Below, one piece after another: positions 20,783-30,367 of a stretch of 64,000 bases of DNA (position 1 is the stretch's first letter; every line of letters begins with the position of its first letter). Below the pieces are notes generated by a model. The model had not been told where the DNA came from, searched no databases, and worked only from the letters and a program-made list of their open reading frames with translations. Location: positions 33,642 to 97,641 of the forward strand of contig JBBTRF010000001.1 in assembly GCA_038065315.1 (NCBI GenBank), in the 5' to 3' direction. A program made the position numbers and the translations under genes. Source of the stretch: Patescibacteria group bacterium (GTDB lineage Bacteria; Patescibacteriota; Minisyncoccia; Phycocordibacterales; JBBTRF01).

Positions 20783-22000
20783 ATGAAGAAACAATCAAAA
20801 ACCAATCAAAAGAAGCTCAAAAAGGCATCAAAAACGCCTAAAAAGGCCCCTAAGAAGGTTGTTTCCAAGAAAGCGGTCAAAGTCACGGCCAAGCCCGCTC
20901 CAAAGCTCCGTGGGGCCAAAAAGGCCCAAGATTTCGAGATTCGTACCCTTCGGCTCATGGCCAAGGGCAAGGATCGCGGTTTCGTGACCTATGACGAGAT
21001 TTTGAAGGAGTTTCCACATATCGAAGACGACATCACTTTTCTCGATGAATTGTATGGCAAGCTCAGCACTTCCGGCATCGACGTGCTCGAAGGTGGCGGC
21101 ATGCTCGATATCAAGAACGAAGATTTGATCGTCGAGAAGAAGCATAGCTACGGCGGCAAGTCGGAGTCTTCATACGACTCGATTCAAATGTATTTGAAGG
21201 AGATCGGCCAGTACCCGCTCATTCCGGCGACCGAAGAGAAAGAGCTCGCGCGACGCATCGAGAAGGGCGACATTGAAGCGAAGAATTTGCTCGCACGTGC
21301 GAACCTCCGATTGGTGGTTTCTATTGCGAAGAAGTATGTCGGCCGTTCTCCGGACCTCACTTTGCTCGACCTTATCCAGGAAGGCAACCTCGGTCTCTTC
21401 AAGGCTGTCGACAAGTTTGATTGGACCAAGGGATACAAGTTTTCAACATACGCAACCTGGTGGATCCGTCAGGCGATCACTCGTGCGCTCGCCGACCAGT
21501 CTCGTACTATCCGCGTGCCGGTGCACATGGTGGAGACGATCGCGAAATACAAGCAGGTGGTGCGACGATTGTCTCAGGACCTTGGACGTGATCCATTGCC
21601 AGAGGAGATTGCCGTAGAAATGGGACTCGATGTCGAGAAGGTGTATCAGATCGAGAAGATTGACCAGGACACTGTTTCGCTTGAAAGCCCTGTTGGTGAT
21701 GACGGTGATGAGAAGTCTGTGCTTGGCGACTTTTTGCCGGATGACAAGATCCTCTCGCCAGCCGAAGAGTCTTCACGACGTATTTTGTCCGACCAGGTGA
21801 AAGAGATTTTGAGCGATTTGTCTGAAAAGGAGCGCGAGATTTTGGAAATGCGACACGGCTTGGTGGACGGTATTACTCACACCCTCGAGGAGGTGGGCCA
21901 GAAGTTCGGCGTCACTCGCGAGCGTATCCGACAGATCGAGGCGAAGGCGCATGAGAAGATTCGACAGCACGAGAAGATCAATCAGTTGAAGAATTACTAA
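20783..22000 (+). CDS. rpoD: RNA polymerase sigma-70 factor with lysine-rich basic N-terminal tail
   Basis: Regions 2-4 conserved ([13 protein letters not shown]; [20 protein letters not shown]); the first ~50 aa are K/A/P-rich instead of an acidic region 1.1. Confidence 0.9.
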   Translation: MKKQSKTNQKKLKKASKTPKKAPKKVVSKKAVKVTAKPAPKLRGAKKAQDFEIRTLRLMAKGKDRGFVTYDEILKEFPHIEDDITFLDELYGKLSTSGIDVLEGGGMLDIKNEDLIVEKKHSYGGKSESSYDSIQMYLKEIGQYPLIPATEEKELARRIEKGDIEAKNLLARANLRLVVSIAKKYVGRSPDLTLLDLIQEGNLGLFKAVDKFDWTKGYKFSTYATWWIRQAITRALADQSRTIRVPVHMVETIAKYKQVVRRLSQDLGRDPLPEEIAVEMGLDVEKVYQIEKIDQDTVSLESPVGDDGDEKSVLGDFLPDDKILSPAEESSRRILSDQVKEILSDLSEKEREILEMRHGLVDGITHTLEEVGQKFGVTRERIRQIEAKAHEKIRQHEKINQLKNY

Positions 22001-22003
22001 AGA

Positions 22004-22111
22004 GCAAAACAAAAACACTTTTTTGAGAACAGCATAAATCCCTGCTGGGATTTTGCTTCGCGCTCGGCCCGTCGGCCTGCGCGATGTCTCAAAAAAGTGT
22101 TTTTGTTTTGC
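22004..22111. repeat. 25-bp perfect inverted repeat flanking a 58-bp GC-rich spacer
   Basis: gcaaaacaaaaacacttttttgaga (22004-22028) is the exact reverse complement of tctcaaaaaagtgtttttgttttgc (22087-22111); lies between the rpoD stop and the RhuM gene. Confidence 0.85.
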
Positions 22112-22162
22112 TTGCATTTTTCCTTGCAATTGCCCTCTTCCGAAAATGGTATAATGGGAGGG

Positions 22163-23200
22163 ATGAAAAAGAAACTTGGACAACCAAAGGTGACCCAGAA
22201 GTCTGGTCACGCAGAATTCTTATTGTACACGGCGCCAAATGGCAAGGTGAGCGTGGAGATATTCCTGCACAATGAGACTATCTGGCTAACACAGAAGACG
22301 CTGTCGGAGATTTTTGATTGTTCCGTGGACAATGTTTCACTGCATTTAAAAAATATCTTTGATGACGGAGAACTTTTCCCCGAGGCAGTTATCGAGGAAT
22401 TCTCGATAACTGCCAGTGATGGTAAAAAGTACAAGACGAAACACTACAACCTCGACGCCATCATCGCTGTCGGCTATCGGGTGAACAGTAAAAGAGCGAC
22501 CCATTTTCGTATGTGGGCAACGAGTATACTCAAGGAGTATATGATCAAGGGGTTTGTGATGGATGATCATAGGCTCAAAAATCCAGACGCTACTTTCGGT
22601 GGCGATTATTTCGAAGATCAACTTGCTCGCATTCGAGATATTCGTTCTAGTGAACGTAGGTTCTATCAAAAGATTTCTGATATTTATGCGACTGCTATTG
22701 ATTATGATCCGAACGAAGAATGTACGAGGAAATTTTTCGCTACGGTGCAGAACAAGCTCCATTTTGCCATAAACGGAAAGACGGCCGCAGAGATTGTTCA
22801 TGAAAGGGTAGATAGCACAAAACCGCATCTTGGTTTAACCGCATGGAAACATGGTCCGACTGGTCCGATTCGGAAGATGGACGTGATTGTTGCAAAAAAC
22901 TATCTCGACCATACAGAATTGGATGGGCTCAATCGTATTGTGACAATGTATCTTGATTATGCCGAGTCGCAAGCGAAAAGAGGAGTAGCAATGCACATGA
23001 GAGATTGGGTAGAAAAACTCAACGCCTTTCTGCAGTTCAATGAAAGAGAAATATTGCTTGACAATGGCGTCGTGAGCCACAAGATCGCCGCGGCTTTAGC
23101 TGAAGAAGAATTTGAAAAATATAGGATCGTCCAAGATAGGCTGTATGAAAGCGATTTTGATAAGGAGATGAAGAAGATTTTGGATAAAAAGAAGAAATAG
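22163..23200 (+). CDS. RhuM-family protein (virulence protein RhuM family, PF13310-like)
   Basis: ETIWLTQKTLSEIF...LHLKNIF..GEL....YNLDAIIAVGYRVNS conserved RhuM N-terminal block; AT-rich; TATAAT sits immediately upstream of ATG 22163 (ORF-track start 22097 is probably an over-extension). Confidence 0.7.
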   Translation: MKKKLGQPKVTQKSGHAEFLLYTAPNGKVSVEIFLHNETIWLTQKTLSEIFDCSVDNVSLHLKNIFDDGELFPEAVIEEFSITASDGKKYKTKHYNLDAIIAVGYRVNSKRATHFRMWATSILKEYMIKGFVMDDHRLKNPDATFGGDYFEDQLARIRDIRSSERRFYQKISDIYATAIDYDPNEECTRKFFATVQNKLHFAINGKTAAEIVHERVDSTKPHLGLTAWKHGPTGPIRKMDVIVAKNYLDHTELDGLNRIVTMYLDYAESQAKRGVAMHMRDWVEKLNAFLQFNEREILLDNGVVSHKIAAALAEEEFEKYRIVQDRLYESDFDKEMKKILDKKKK

Positions 23201-23219
23201 ACGTAAATAAACACATTGC

Positions 23220-26200
23220 ATGTCAGAAGAATTATTTCATACAAAATACAAGAACCTGAACCCGGCGCAGAAGAAGGCGGTGGATACGATCGATGGGCCA
23301 GTAATGGTGATTGCGGGGCCGGGTACCGGCAAGACCACTATTTTGACGCTGCGTATCGCGAATATTTTGCGGCTCACAGATACGCCGGCGTCGGGGATTT
23401 TGGCTATTACCTTCACCGACGCCGGCGTGAAGGCGATGCGGCTCAAATTGCGCGAAGTGATCGGCACGCGCGCCGACGAGGTGCGCATCTACACCTTTCA
23501 CGGGTTTGCCGCGGCAGTCATCGCAGAGTTCCAGGAGCATTTCGTACACATCGCCCGCGCGCAGCAGATGACCGATATCGAAGCACAAGAACTCGTGCGC
23601 GGTATTTTGAAAGATAAAAAATACAAGTTGATTCGTCCACTTGGCGAGCCGGACCACTACGTGGGTGGCATTTTGAAGGCGATCAGCGATGCGAAGCGTG
23701 AGGCACTGACACCGGAGATGGTGCGGGATTTTGCGCGAAGTGAAGCGGAGCGAATCGCGGCTGACCCCGACTCGCTTTCGACTCGTGGTGCAACCAAGGG
23801 CCAACTCAAAGCCGATGCTCGAAAGCAGATCGAGAAGGCGGAAAAAACCCTATTGCTCGCCGATGTGTACGAAGCGTACGAGGCGAAAAAGCGGGCTGCC
23901 GGAAATAGTGGTGCGGCAGCGGCGCGAAAGATCGACTTCGATGACCTCATCTTTGAGTTGCTCCAGGCGATCCGCACCGACGAACTGCTCCGATCGCTGA
24001 TCCAGGAAAAATACTTGTATCTGTTGGTGGACGAGCATCAAGACACCAACGACTCGCAGAACGCGATCATCCGCGCCATTGCCGACTTTTTCGATTCGCC
24101 GAATCTCTTTGTGGTGGGCGATGAGAAGCAGGCGATCTATCGTTTCCAGGGCGCGTCGGTGCAAAATTTCCTGCAATTTCAAAATGCGTGGAAAAACATG
24201 CAGGTGATTTCGCTCGAGGAAAACTATCGTTCACACCAGCATATTTTGGACGCGAGCTTTTCCCTCATCGAAAACAACTATGCCGACGGGGAGCATCCGT
24301 TGCTGCGAGTGAAGTTGCGCGCCGGCGGTGAAGAAGCTGCGCGGCCGATCGAAGTAGTGACGGCAGGGAATTCGACGGCGGCCGACATGGCACTGGTGGA
24401 GAGGCTCAAGGAATTTGTCGCGATAAGCGCGAAAGACTGTGACGAAAAAACCGCAGCCATCATCGTGCGACGCAATCGTGATGTGGAGCGGTTGGCGACA
24501 TTGTGCGAAGCGCATGGTGTGCATGCGGCATCGGAGCGCGGGATCAATATTTTCTTGCACCCGATCGGTGCGCTCTTTTTTGATCTGATTCATTTTTTGC
24601 ATGACCCGTCGCAGACGGAGGCCTTGGCCGTGACTCTGGCTTCAGGCTTGTGGGGCATGGAATTTGCACGTGCATCTGAGATGATTCGCTTGGTGAAAAG
24701 CGGCAAGACGGCCGAAGTGCTTAGTGCGCTACCGCTCGTGGCGACCGTGCGGGAAGAAATGACCCAACGTGGCGGACTGGCGTTTTTGGTGTACGCGACA
24801 GGACAAAGCGGTCTGCTGCCGGTGATAGCAAAGAGTCCGGCCAATACAGAAGTGTGGCGGGGAATTGTTGCTTTGGCGACTGAGCTGGCAGCTCGCGATC
24901 GTGCCTATGCCGATGACCCACGCAGGCTCATCGAGGCGTTGCTTTCATATCGCGCCACTGCGGAGACGCGCAGCGTGAAGATCCTTTCCGGCACGCCCGA
25001 TGCGCCGGTGCGCATCATGACCGCGCATGGTTCGAAGGGTTTGGAATATGATGAAGTATTTTTGCCGTATGCGGTGAATGAATCGTGGCTCACGCGTCTG
25101 CGCTCGGCGTCTTTCTTACTGCCAGGCCAAGTGAAAAACGAGGGCGACGAACTCCGCGATGCCCGCCGCCTTTTCTATGTGGCACTCACGCGCGCTCGCA
25201 AGCGTGTCACTATTATTACGCCGCTCGAAGATGGCTCCGGCAAGGCTTTCACGCCATTGGGTTTTGTAGAGGAGTTGGTGGATGGGCCAGAAAGCACAAA
25301 CGTTTCTCGCACTGAGATCCCTGCGATTTCGGACGACGCTTTTGTGCTCGCAAAAACTCGCGGCAAAGAACGACGCAATGAAGAGCTTGCCGCATACGCA
25401 AAGACGATTTTGTTCGAAAAGGGTTTATCAGTGACCGCCCTCAACCACTTTTTGGAGTGTCCTCAGCAATTTTTGTACAAGAGCATCATCAAGGTGCCGG
25501 AGCCACCGTCGGCAAAGTCTGAAGGGGGGAGTGCGATGCATTTGGCGATGGATCGCGTGTGGCATTTGGTGCGGGCGAAAAATCGAGAAGAGGGCGATGG
25601 CGCGAGTGCCGTGTCCGGAGGAGTTTCGACCAAAAAAATCGAGGCTGAAATTCTCTTGGCGACCGGCGAGTATTTGGACCAGTCGCTCTTGCCGTCATTT
25701 GAAAAAGAGGCGATTCGTGAGGAGTTGAAAGAAACCGCGCCGGAAGTGGCGGTCGCACTGGCGCCACATTTTGCCTTGCGTGGCGAAGTGTTCACTGAGA
25801 CGTGGTTTGAGGCGCAAGAGGCAGGTATCCGACTGCACGGAAAAATGGATGCTGTCATCGATATGAGTGGTTCTGCTGAGGGCGATGTCGTGCGCGTCTT
25901 CGACTACAAAACGAGCCAAGCGAAAAGTGAGGCGGCGATTAAGGGCGAGACGAAATCCGACAGTAGCGGCAACTATTTCCGCCAACTTGTCTTCTATTAC
26001 ATTCTCTTGTCGGCCCAGAGCAAGTACCATGGCAAACGGATCGAGCCAGCACTCGTGTTTATCAAACCCGACGATAAGGGTCGATGTCAGACGGTGACTT
26101 TGCCAATTGGTGTGGGCGATGTCGCGCGAGTGAAAGGAGAAATTGCGAAGCTTGTGGAATCGGTTCAATCCGGCGCTCTCGTGAATGCTCGATGTGAAAG

Positions 26201-26243
26201 TGAGGACTGCGAGTGGTGCCGATTGGCGAGGATGGTTAGATAA
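23220..26243 (+). CDS. UvrD/PcrA-like SF1 helicase fused to C-terminal PD-(D/E)xK Cas4/AddB-like Fe-S nuclease
   Basis: Walker A AGPGTGKTT, DEHQDTN, helicase motifs; C-terminal VFDYKTS (D-YK) and Cys cluster C..CESEDCEWC. Confidence 0.8.
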   Translation: MSEELFHTKYKNLNPAQKKAVDTIDGPVMVIAGPGTGKTTILTLRIANILRLTDTPASGILAITFTDAGVKAMRLKLREVIGTRADEVRIYTFHGFAAAVIAEFQEHFVHIARAQQMTDIEAQELVRGILKDKKYKLIRPLGEPDHYVGGILKAISDAKREALTPEMVRDFARSEAERIAADPDSLSTRGATKGQLKADARKQIEKAEKTLLLADVYEAYEAKKRAAGNSGAAAARKIDFDDLIFELLQAIRTDELLRSLIQEKYLYLLVDEHQDTNDSQNAIIRAIADFFDSPNLFVVGDEKQAIYRFQGASVQNFLQFQNAWKNMQVISLEENYRSHQHILDASFSLIENNYADGEHPLLRVKLRAGGEEAARPIEVVTAGNSTAADMALVERLKEFVAISAKDCDEKTAAIIVRRNRDVERLATLCEAHGVHAASERGINIFLHPIGALFFDLIHFLHDPSQTEALAVTLASGLWGMEFARASEMIRLVKSGKTAEVLSALPLVATVREEMTQRGGLAFLVYATGQSGLLPVIAKSPANTEVWRGIVALATELAARDRAYADDPRRLIEALLSYRATAETRSVKILSGTPDAPVRIMTAHGSKGLEYDEVFLPYAVNESWLTRLRSASFLLPGQVKNEGDELRDARRLFYVALTRARKRVTIITPLEDGSGKAFTPLGFVEELVDGPESTNVSRTEIPAISDDAFVLAKTRGKERRNEELAAYAKTILFEKGLSVTALNHFLECPQQFLYKSIIKVPEPPSAKSEGGSAMHLAMDRVWHLVRAKNREEGDGASAVSGGVSTKKIEAEILLATGEYLDQSLLPSFEKEAIREELKETAPEVAVALAPHFALRGEVFTETWFEAQEAGIRLHGKMDAVIDMSGSAEGDVVRVFDYKTSQAKSEAAIKGETKSDSSGNYFRQLVFYYILLSAQSKYHGKRIEPALVFIKPDDKGRCQTVTLPIGVGDVARVKGEIAKLVESVQSGALVNARCESEDCEWCRLARMVR

Positions 26244-27063
26244 TTGCTTCGATTAGCACCCGCATCATTTCTAGAGGTAGCGCGCCGCTGAAAGTAATTT
26301 TTGTGCCGTCGTCTGAAAAGCCCACGAGGTCAGCAGGGATGGTGCTGCCTGGAGACTGCTTCGCCACCGTTTTCACGATGTCGTTGAGCACCTGCTGTCG
26401 AGCCTTCTCGCTGAGTGGTTTTTTCAAGATGAGGATGTTGTACGGGGTGCCTTGGGCGCCGGCGATGAAGGCTTCGTCGTAGCTTTTGGAGATCGCCTCA
26501 GTATATTTACCAGAAGAGAGGCAGGAATTGAACTCTGCAACATTCAAGCCGACGCTTTTTGCCATGACAGGGAGCTGTGCCAGGTCGAGGGTATTGTTGG
26601 ATTTTGTCTTTTGGTACAACACATCGATAAATTTCCAGAAGGCGTCGTTGCCACCTTGGTCAAAAGCACATTCGGTCGCCTCTGATTCTTTGCCGGCTTT
26701 CGAGTGGAGGGCGCGACCTTGCGCATCTGGTCTGTACAAAGGCAGATGTCGATACACCCAAGCGAGCTGATTTTTCGGTCCATATTCGCTGATCAAAGTG
26801 TGCATGGTGCCGTGGAAGACCTTGCAGAATGGACACTCGGTGTCGGAATATTCGACAAGGACAATGTCGGCATTGGTCTGGCCGATGATGTGGTCTGCGG
26901 CAGAGACGGCTGGCAGGGTGACGGTCGTCGTCTGGGCTTGGGTGCCGGCGGCAGGCGCGATGGCTGGCGAAACATATCGTGAGGCAATGATGCCGCCAGC
27001 GATGATGGCTCCAGCAATAATGATGGCTAATGGGACAGTGAGTGGGGTGTTGTTTGATTGCAT
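26236..27063 (-). CDS. DsbA-family thiol:disulfide oxidoreductase with N-terminal membrane anchor
   Basis: Thioredoxin-fold CPFC active site (ECPFCKVFH); N-terminal hydrophobic segment. Confidence 0.75.
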   Translation of the reverse strand: MQSNNTPLTVPLAIIIAGAIIAGGIIASRYVSPAIAPAAGTQAQTTTVTLPAVSAADHIIGQTNADIVLVEYSDTECPFCKVFHGTMHTLISEYGPKNQLAWVYRHLPLYRPDAQGRALHSKAGKESEATECAFDQGGNDAFWKFIDVLYQKTKSNNTLDLAQLPVMAKSVGLNVAEFNSCLSSGKYTEAISKSYDEAFIAGAQGTPYNILILKKPLSEKARQQVLNDIVKTVAKQSPGSTIPADLVGFSDDGTKITFSGALPLEMMRVLIEAII

Positions 27064-27101
27064 GGCTGGGATTATACCATATGCCATGCTACGATATTCC
27101 C

Positions 27102-27845
27102 ATGATACTTATTTTCATTGCAATCGGCGCTTTCGCCGCGACGTTTCTTGGCGGCTTGTTTGCCCTGCGCTTTCGGGACACGCTGCATTTGGTGCTCGGC
27201 TTCAGCGCGGGCGCGGTGATTGGTGTGGCTTTCTTCGATCTTCTGCCGGAGGCGCTGGAACTGGCAGCACCTTTTTCCGCATCGACCGTCACCACTGCAG
27301 TTGCCATAGGCTTCGTGCTGTATATGCTCCTCGACCGATTGATCGTGCCACATGTGCATGTTGAAGATGATCATTGTGCCAATGAAGAGCACGCGCCGGC
27401 AGCGAAAGTCGCCCGCGGCTGGCTGGGGGCAGGGAGTTTGTCTTTCCACAGCTTTCTTGACGGCATCGCGATCGGCCTCGCTTTCCAAGTGTCCGCAGCC
27501 GCGGGCTTGGTGGTCGCCATCGCCGTTCTCGTCCACGATTTCTCCGATGGTATCAACACTGTAGGTCTTATTTTGAAAAACGGCGGTACCAAAGCGCAAG
27601 CGTTCAAATGGTTGGCGCTCGACGCGTCCGCGCCGGTGCTCGGTATTATTGCTGCGAGCTTTTTCACCCTCGAAAGCTCGACACTCGGCCTCGTTCTCGC
27701 GCTCTTCTGCGGCTTCTTTTTGTATATCGGCGCCAGCGACCTTCTACCGGAAAGTCACCATGCACATCCGACCAAGTGGACAACCTTCATGAGCGTCCTC
27801 GGTATTGCTGTGTTGTATGGAGCCGTGACTCTTGCAGGGATCTAG
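27102..27845 (+). CDS. ZIP-family metal (zinc) transporter
   Basis: Multi-TM protein with HSFLDGIAIG and HDFSDGINTVG ZIP signatures. Confidence 0.8.
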   Translation: MILIFIAIGAFAATFLGGLFALRFRDTLHLVLGFSAGAVIGVAFFDLLPEALELAAPFSASTVTTAVAIGFVLYMLLDRLIVPHVHVEDDHCANEEHAPAAKVARGWLGAGSLSFHSFLDGIAIGLAFQVSAAAGLVVAIAVLVHDFSDGINTVGLILKNGGTKAQAFKWLALDASAPVLGIIAASFFTLESSTLGLVLALFCGFFLYIGASDLLPESHHAHPTKWTTFMSVLGIAVLYGAVTLAGI

Positions 27846-28417
27846 AACGGCAACGTATGGGTCATACCACTCGCTTCGAGCGAGTTCCATTTTGAGGTGT
27901 CGATTTTGATGCCTTTCACCTCTTTGCCCTCGAGATATTTTACGCCACCGTTTTTGAGCATGTATTCGTAGAGCTCCTTGGTGATCTTCACGTCTTCGAG
28001 ACAGTATTTGATCACCTTGTCCTTCTCCCCCTTGCGCCACCATTCTATAGCCTCGAGACCGTGGCCGATCTTCTTTTTGCCGAGCGATGCTTCCGCCAAT
28101 GTGTCGAGCTTGATGCGGCGGCCGAGCGCGATCTTAACCTCGGCCATGAGGTCGAGGCTTTTTATTTTTCCGAGATCGCCGGAATAATATTTGTTGAGCA
28201 GGGGAATGTCGAAATGGTCGGAATTGAAGCCGATGAGCATGTCGGCTTTTTCGATGACCGGCCAGAGTTTTTTCAAATCCTCTTCGAGATATGCGGTGTA
28301 GGTATCAGTCTCGGAATCGTACACGCCGACGACGGAAATGTGGAGCGCGGTGGGGTCATTGCTGCCGACTTCCAGGAACGTATCTTTCGTTTCAATATCA
28401 AAAATAATTTTGCGCAT
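27842..28417 (-). CDS. DEDD-type 3'-5' exonuclease (RNase H-like fold, YprB/PolB-exo-like)
   Basis: FDIET, FNSDHFDIPLL and YCLEDV motifs in DEDD exonuclease order. Confidence 0.6.
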   Translation of the reverse strand: MRKIIFDIETKDTFLEVGSNDPTALHISVVGVYDSETDTYTAYLEEDLKKLWPVIEKADMLIGFNSDHFDIPLLNKYYSGDLGKIKSLDLMAEVKIALGRRIKLDTLAEASLGKKKIGHGLEAIEWWRKGEKDKVIKYCLEDVKITKELYEYMLKNGGVKYLEGKEVKGIKIDTSKWNSLEASGMTHTLPF

Positions 28418-28564
28418 GAGGGTAATTCTAACAGGGGAGTGAGGCGAGCGATAGAATTGACATAAGGCATCATATCGTGATATGATACTTTTTGATGAAA
28501 TCGTTCTTTGACGATTGTCCTTGCTGCATTCGGTGGTTCAACAATTTCAAGCGGAAAATTCATT

Positions 28565-29179
28565 ATGACGACTGAGTTCACGACGGAGGTAATGACCCCT
28601 GATCAAGAGAAGCTACTGGTCGATGTTTTGTTGGGCATCCACGGTGGCCGCGAATTGGAAACTTTCTTTTTTGGAGATGCCGCAAAGGTGGGCAGTAGTG
28701 AACCAAAAAAACTTCCACTGCTAGAGGCCTTCTTTGAAATGTTACAGGCGCAAGAAACCAGATTTGGTTGGAATGCGTCATCGCCTGTGCCTCTTGCGAG
28801 TCGTATCCTGTTCCATTCTGTCGCCAAACACTTTGACCGCATGCGGGATAAGAAGCGGTTGAGACTCTACGTTGCTACGGGCATTAGTCTCGATTGGCAT
28901 CATCACATGGACGCAGTGTTTGCTTGCGGGCGTCGTTTCGTGGGGTTAGACATCACCACTGAGTGGCGAGTAGACAAGCTCGATCTGAAGGATGCAATAA
29001 TCGCTCGGTGCCAATTGCCGATCGTATTGATCCCGAGAAATGAGATTGCCGTTGTCGGAGGCTTCAACGCATTTAGCGAAAGGATCGCTGAAAGGATGAA
29101 GCACGAACTCTCGTTGTCGCCACCATCACCGCCCCAGAAGTGCTGGTATACGGCAAGAAGCTTGGCTGGGGCTTCCTAG
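28565..29179 (+). CDS. Hypothetical protein, paralog 1 of a tandem pair (unknown family)
   Basis: Shares ordered motifs with the downstream paralog: FFGD, RFGW/RFDW, LYVA.G...D..HH.D.AF, VG.DLT. Confidence 0.55.
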   Translation: MTTEFTTEVMTPDQEKLLVDVLLGIHGGRELETFFFGDAAKVGSSEPKKLPLLEAFFEMLQAQETRFGWNASSPVPLASRILFHSVAKHFDRMRDKKRLRLYVATGISLDWHHHMDAVFACGRRFVGLDITTEWRVDKLDLKDAIIARCQLPIVLIPRNEIAVVGGFNAFSERIAERMKHELSLSPPSPPQKCWYTARSLAGAS

Positions 29180-29210
29180 GAACCCAATCTTTCACCATGT
29201 ACCCCCCCCT

Positions 29211-29245
29211 GCAGCCGGACCTAGCGTCCGGCTGCTTTTCATTTT
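29211..29245 (+). terminator. Rho-independent terminator between the tandem paralogs
   Basis: gcagccggac-ctagc-gtccggctgc 10-bp stem followed by ttttcatttt. Confidence 0.6.
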
Positions 29246-29317
29246 GGCGCCTTGCTTTTCGGACATAAGAGAGTACGCTTATTCCCAGCGGTAAACCAAC
29301 AAACGAAAGGGCATCAA

Positions 29318-29932
29318 ATGGCGTGTCTGGATAGTTGTTTGACAAAAGAGGTCGTGGCTGAAATGGCAAGGATTCGGAGCGGGAGGAAATTCGAACAATT
29401 CCTCCTTGGAGACAAGGCGGTTGATTTGGGCGGTCCAATCCCGGACATTCCTTTTGAGCCGGCATGGCAAGAGGTGCTACGTGTGCAAGTGTCGCGCTTT
29501 GATTGGGATACCAAAAAACCGAAGACACTTGCTGGACAGGCGCTGTTTCAGGCGGTGGCTGCGGAGCTGCCAAACGAGGCTTGGCGCAACGCGTTGGAGC
29601 TGTATGTCGCCGTCGGCCTCGCTTTTGATCGCCGACATCACGCGGACTGTGCCTTCTTGGTGAATGGCATGAAACGTGTCGGTGTTGATCTCACCGTCGA
29701 GGAGTATCCATACAAACTCGCTAAAAAACGGCGCGCTGCGGAATCTTCGCCGATCCCAATGGTGATCCTCACTCGGGCGAAGATCACCAGAGAGACGGGT
29801 TTTGCCGAATACGGCAGGGAAATCGCCGCAAAGCTTCTCCACGGAACTTTCGCACATGAGCGCCTGCTTCGGCAGATTCGCGATCATGATTTCGAAACGG
29901 TTCGCCGATCCATGGCACGCCGCCGGCGGTGA
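29318..29932 (+). CDS. Hypothetical protein, paralog 2 of the tandem pair
   Basis: Collinear similarity to 28565-29179 (LELYVAVGLAFDRRHHADCAFLVNGMKRVGVDLTVEEY vs LRLYVATGISLDWHHHMDAVFACGRRFVGLDITTEW). Confidence 0.55.
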   Translation: MACLDSCLTKEVVAEMARIRSGRKFEQFLLGDKAVDLGGPIPDIPFEPAWQEVLRVQVSRFDWDTKKPKTLAGQALFQAVAAELPNEAWRNALELYVAVGLAFDRRHHADCAFLVNGMKRVGVDLTVEEYPYKLAKKRRAAESSPIPMVILTRAKITRETGFAEYGREIAAKLLHGTFAHERLLRQIRDHDFETVRRSMARRRR

Positions 29933-30367
29933 GCTCAGCCCGTTTCGGTGCATAGGTGCAACAGCACCTTCAATTCAAGACTGGTCTCGCAAGGGGCTGG
30001 TTTTTTGTTGCCTCAAATTGCAAAACAAGATAGAAAAGAAAAAAGCGCGCCTCCGGTGAAGGTGGCGCGCTGTTTGGATACCCGGGGATATCCGACGGGT
30101 TTTCTCTCCCGTTCGCTGCCTGTTTTTTGGAACAGACAGCTTAGCCGGTGCTGTTGGTGTACTAGCTCCAGACGCTTTCATCTACTAGCGGGAACGCTTT
30201 CGATGAGCTCTTCTGGACGTTCATAAGTCCTTTCTGTCATCCCGAAAGTGGGGTGACGGGGGATTGCTTTGTTGGGAAGAACTGCACTGACCTGTATACT
30301 ATAGCACCTATTACATAAAATGTCAATACCCTCAGCGGGTACTGACAAAATACGTTGAAAAACAAGG

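Noticed and set aside
22097-22162. ORF-track start of the RhuM gene at 22097 (MFLFCLHF...)
   Set aside because: It would place the start inside the inverted-repeat arm and upstream of the -10 element; the conserved RhuM block begins after Met 22163.
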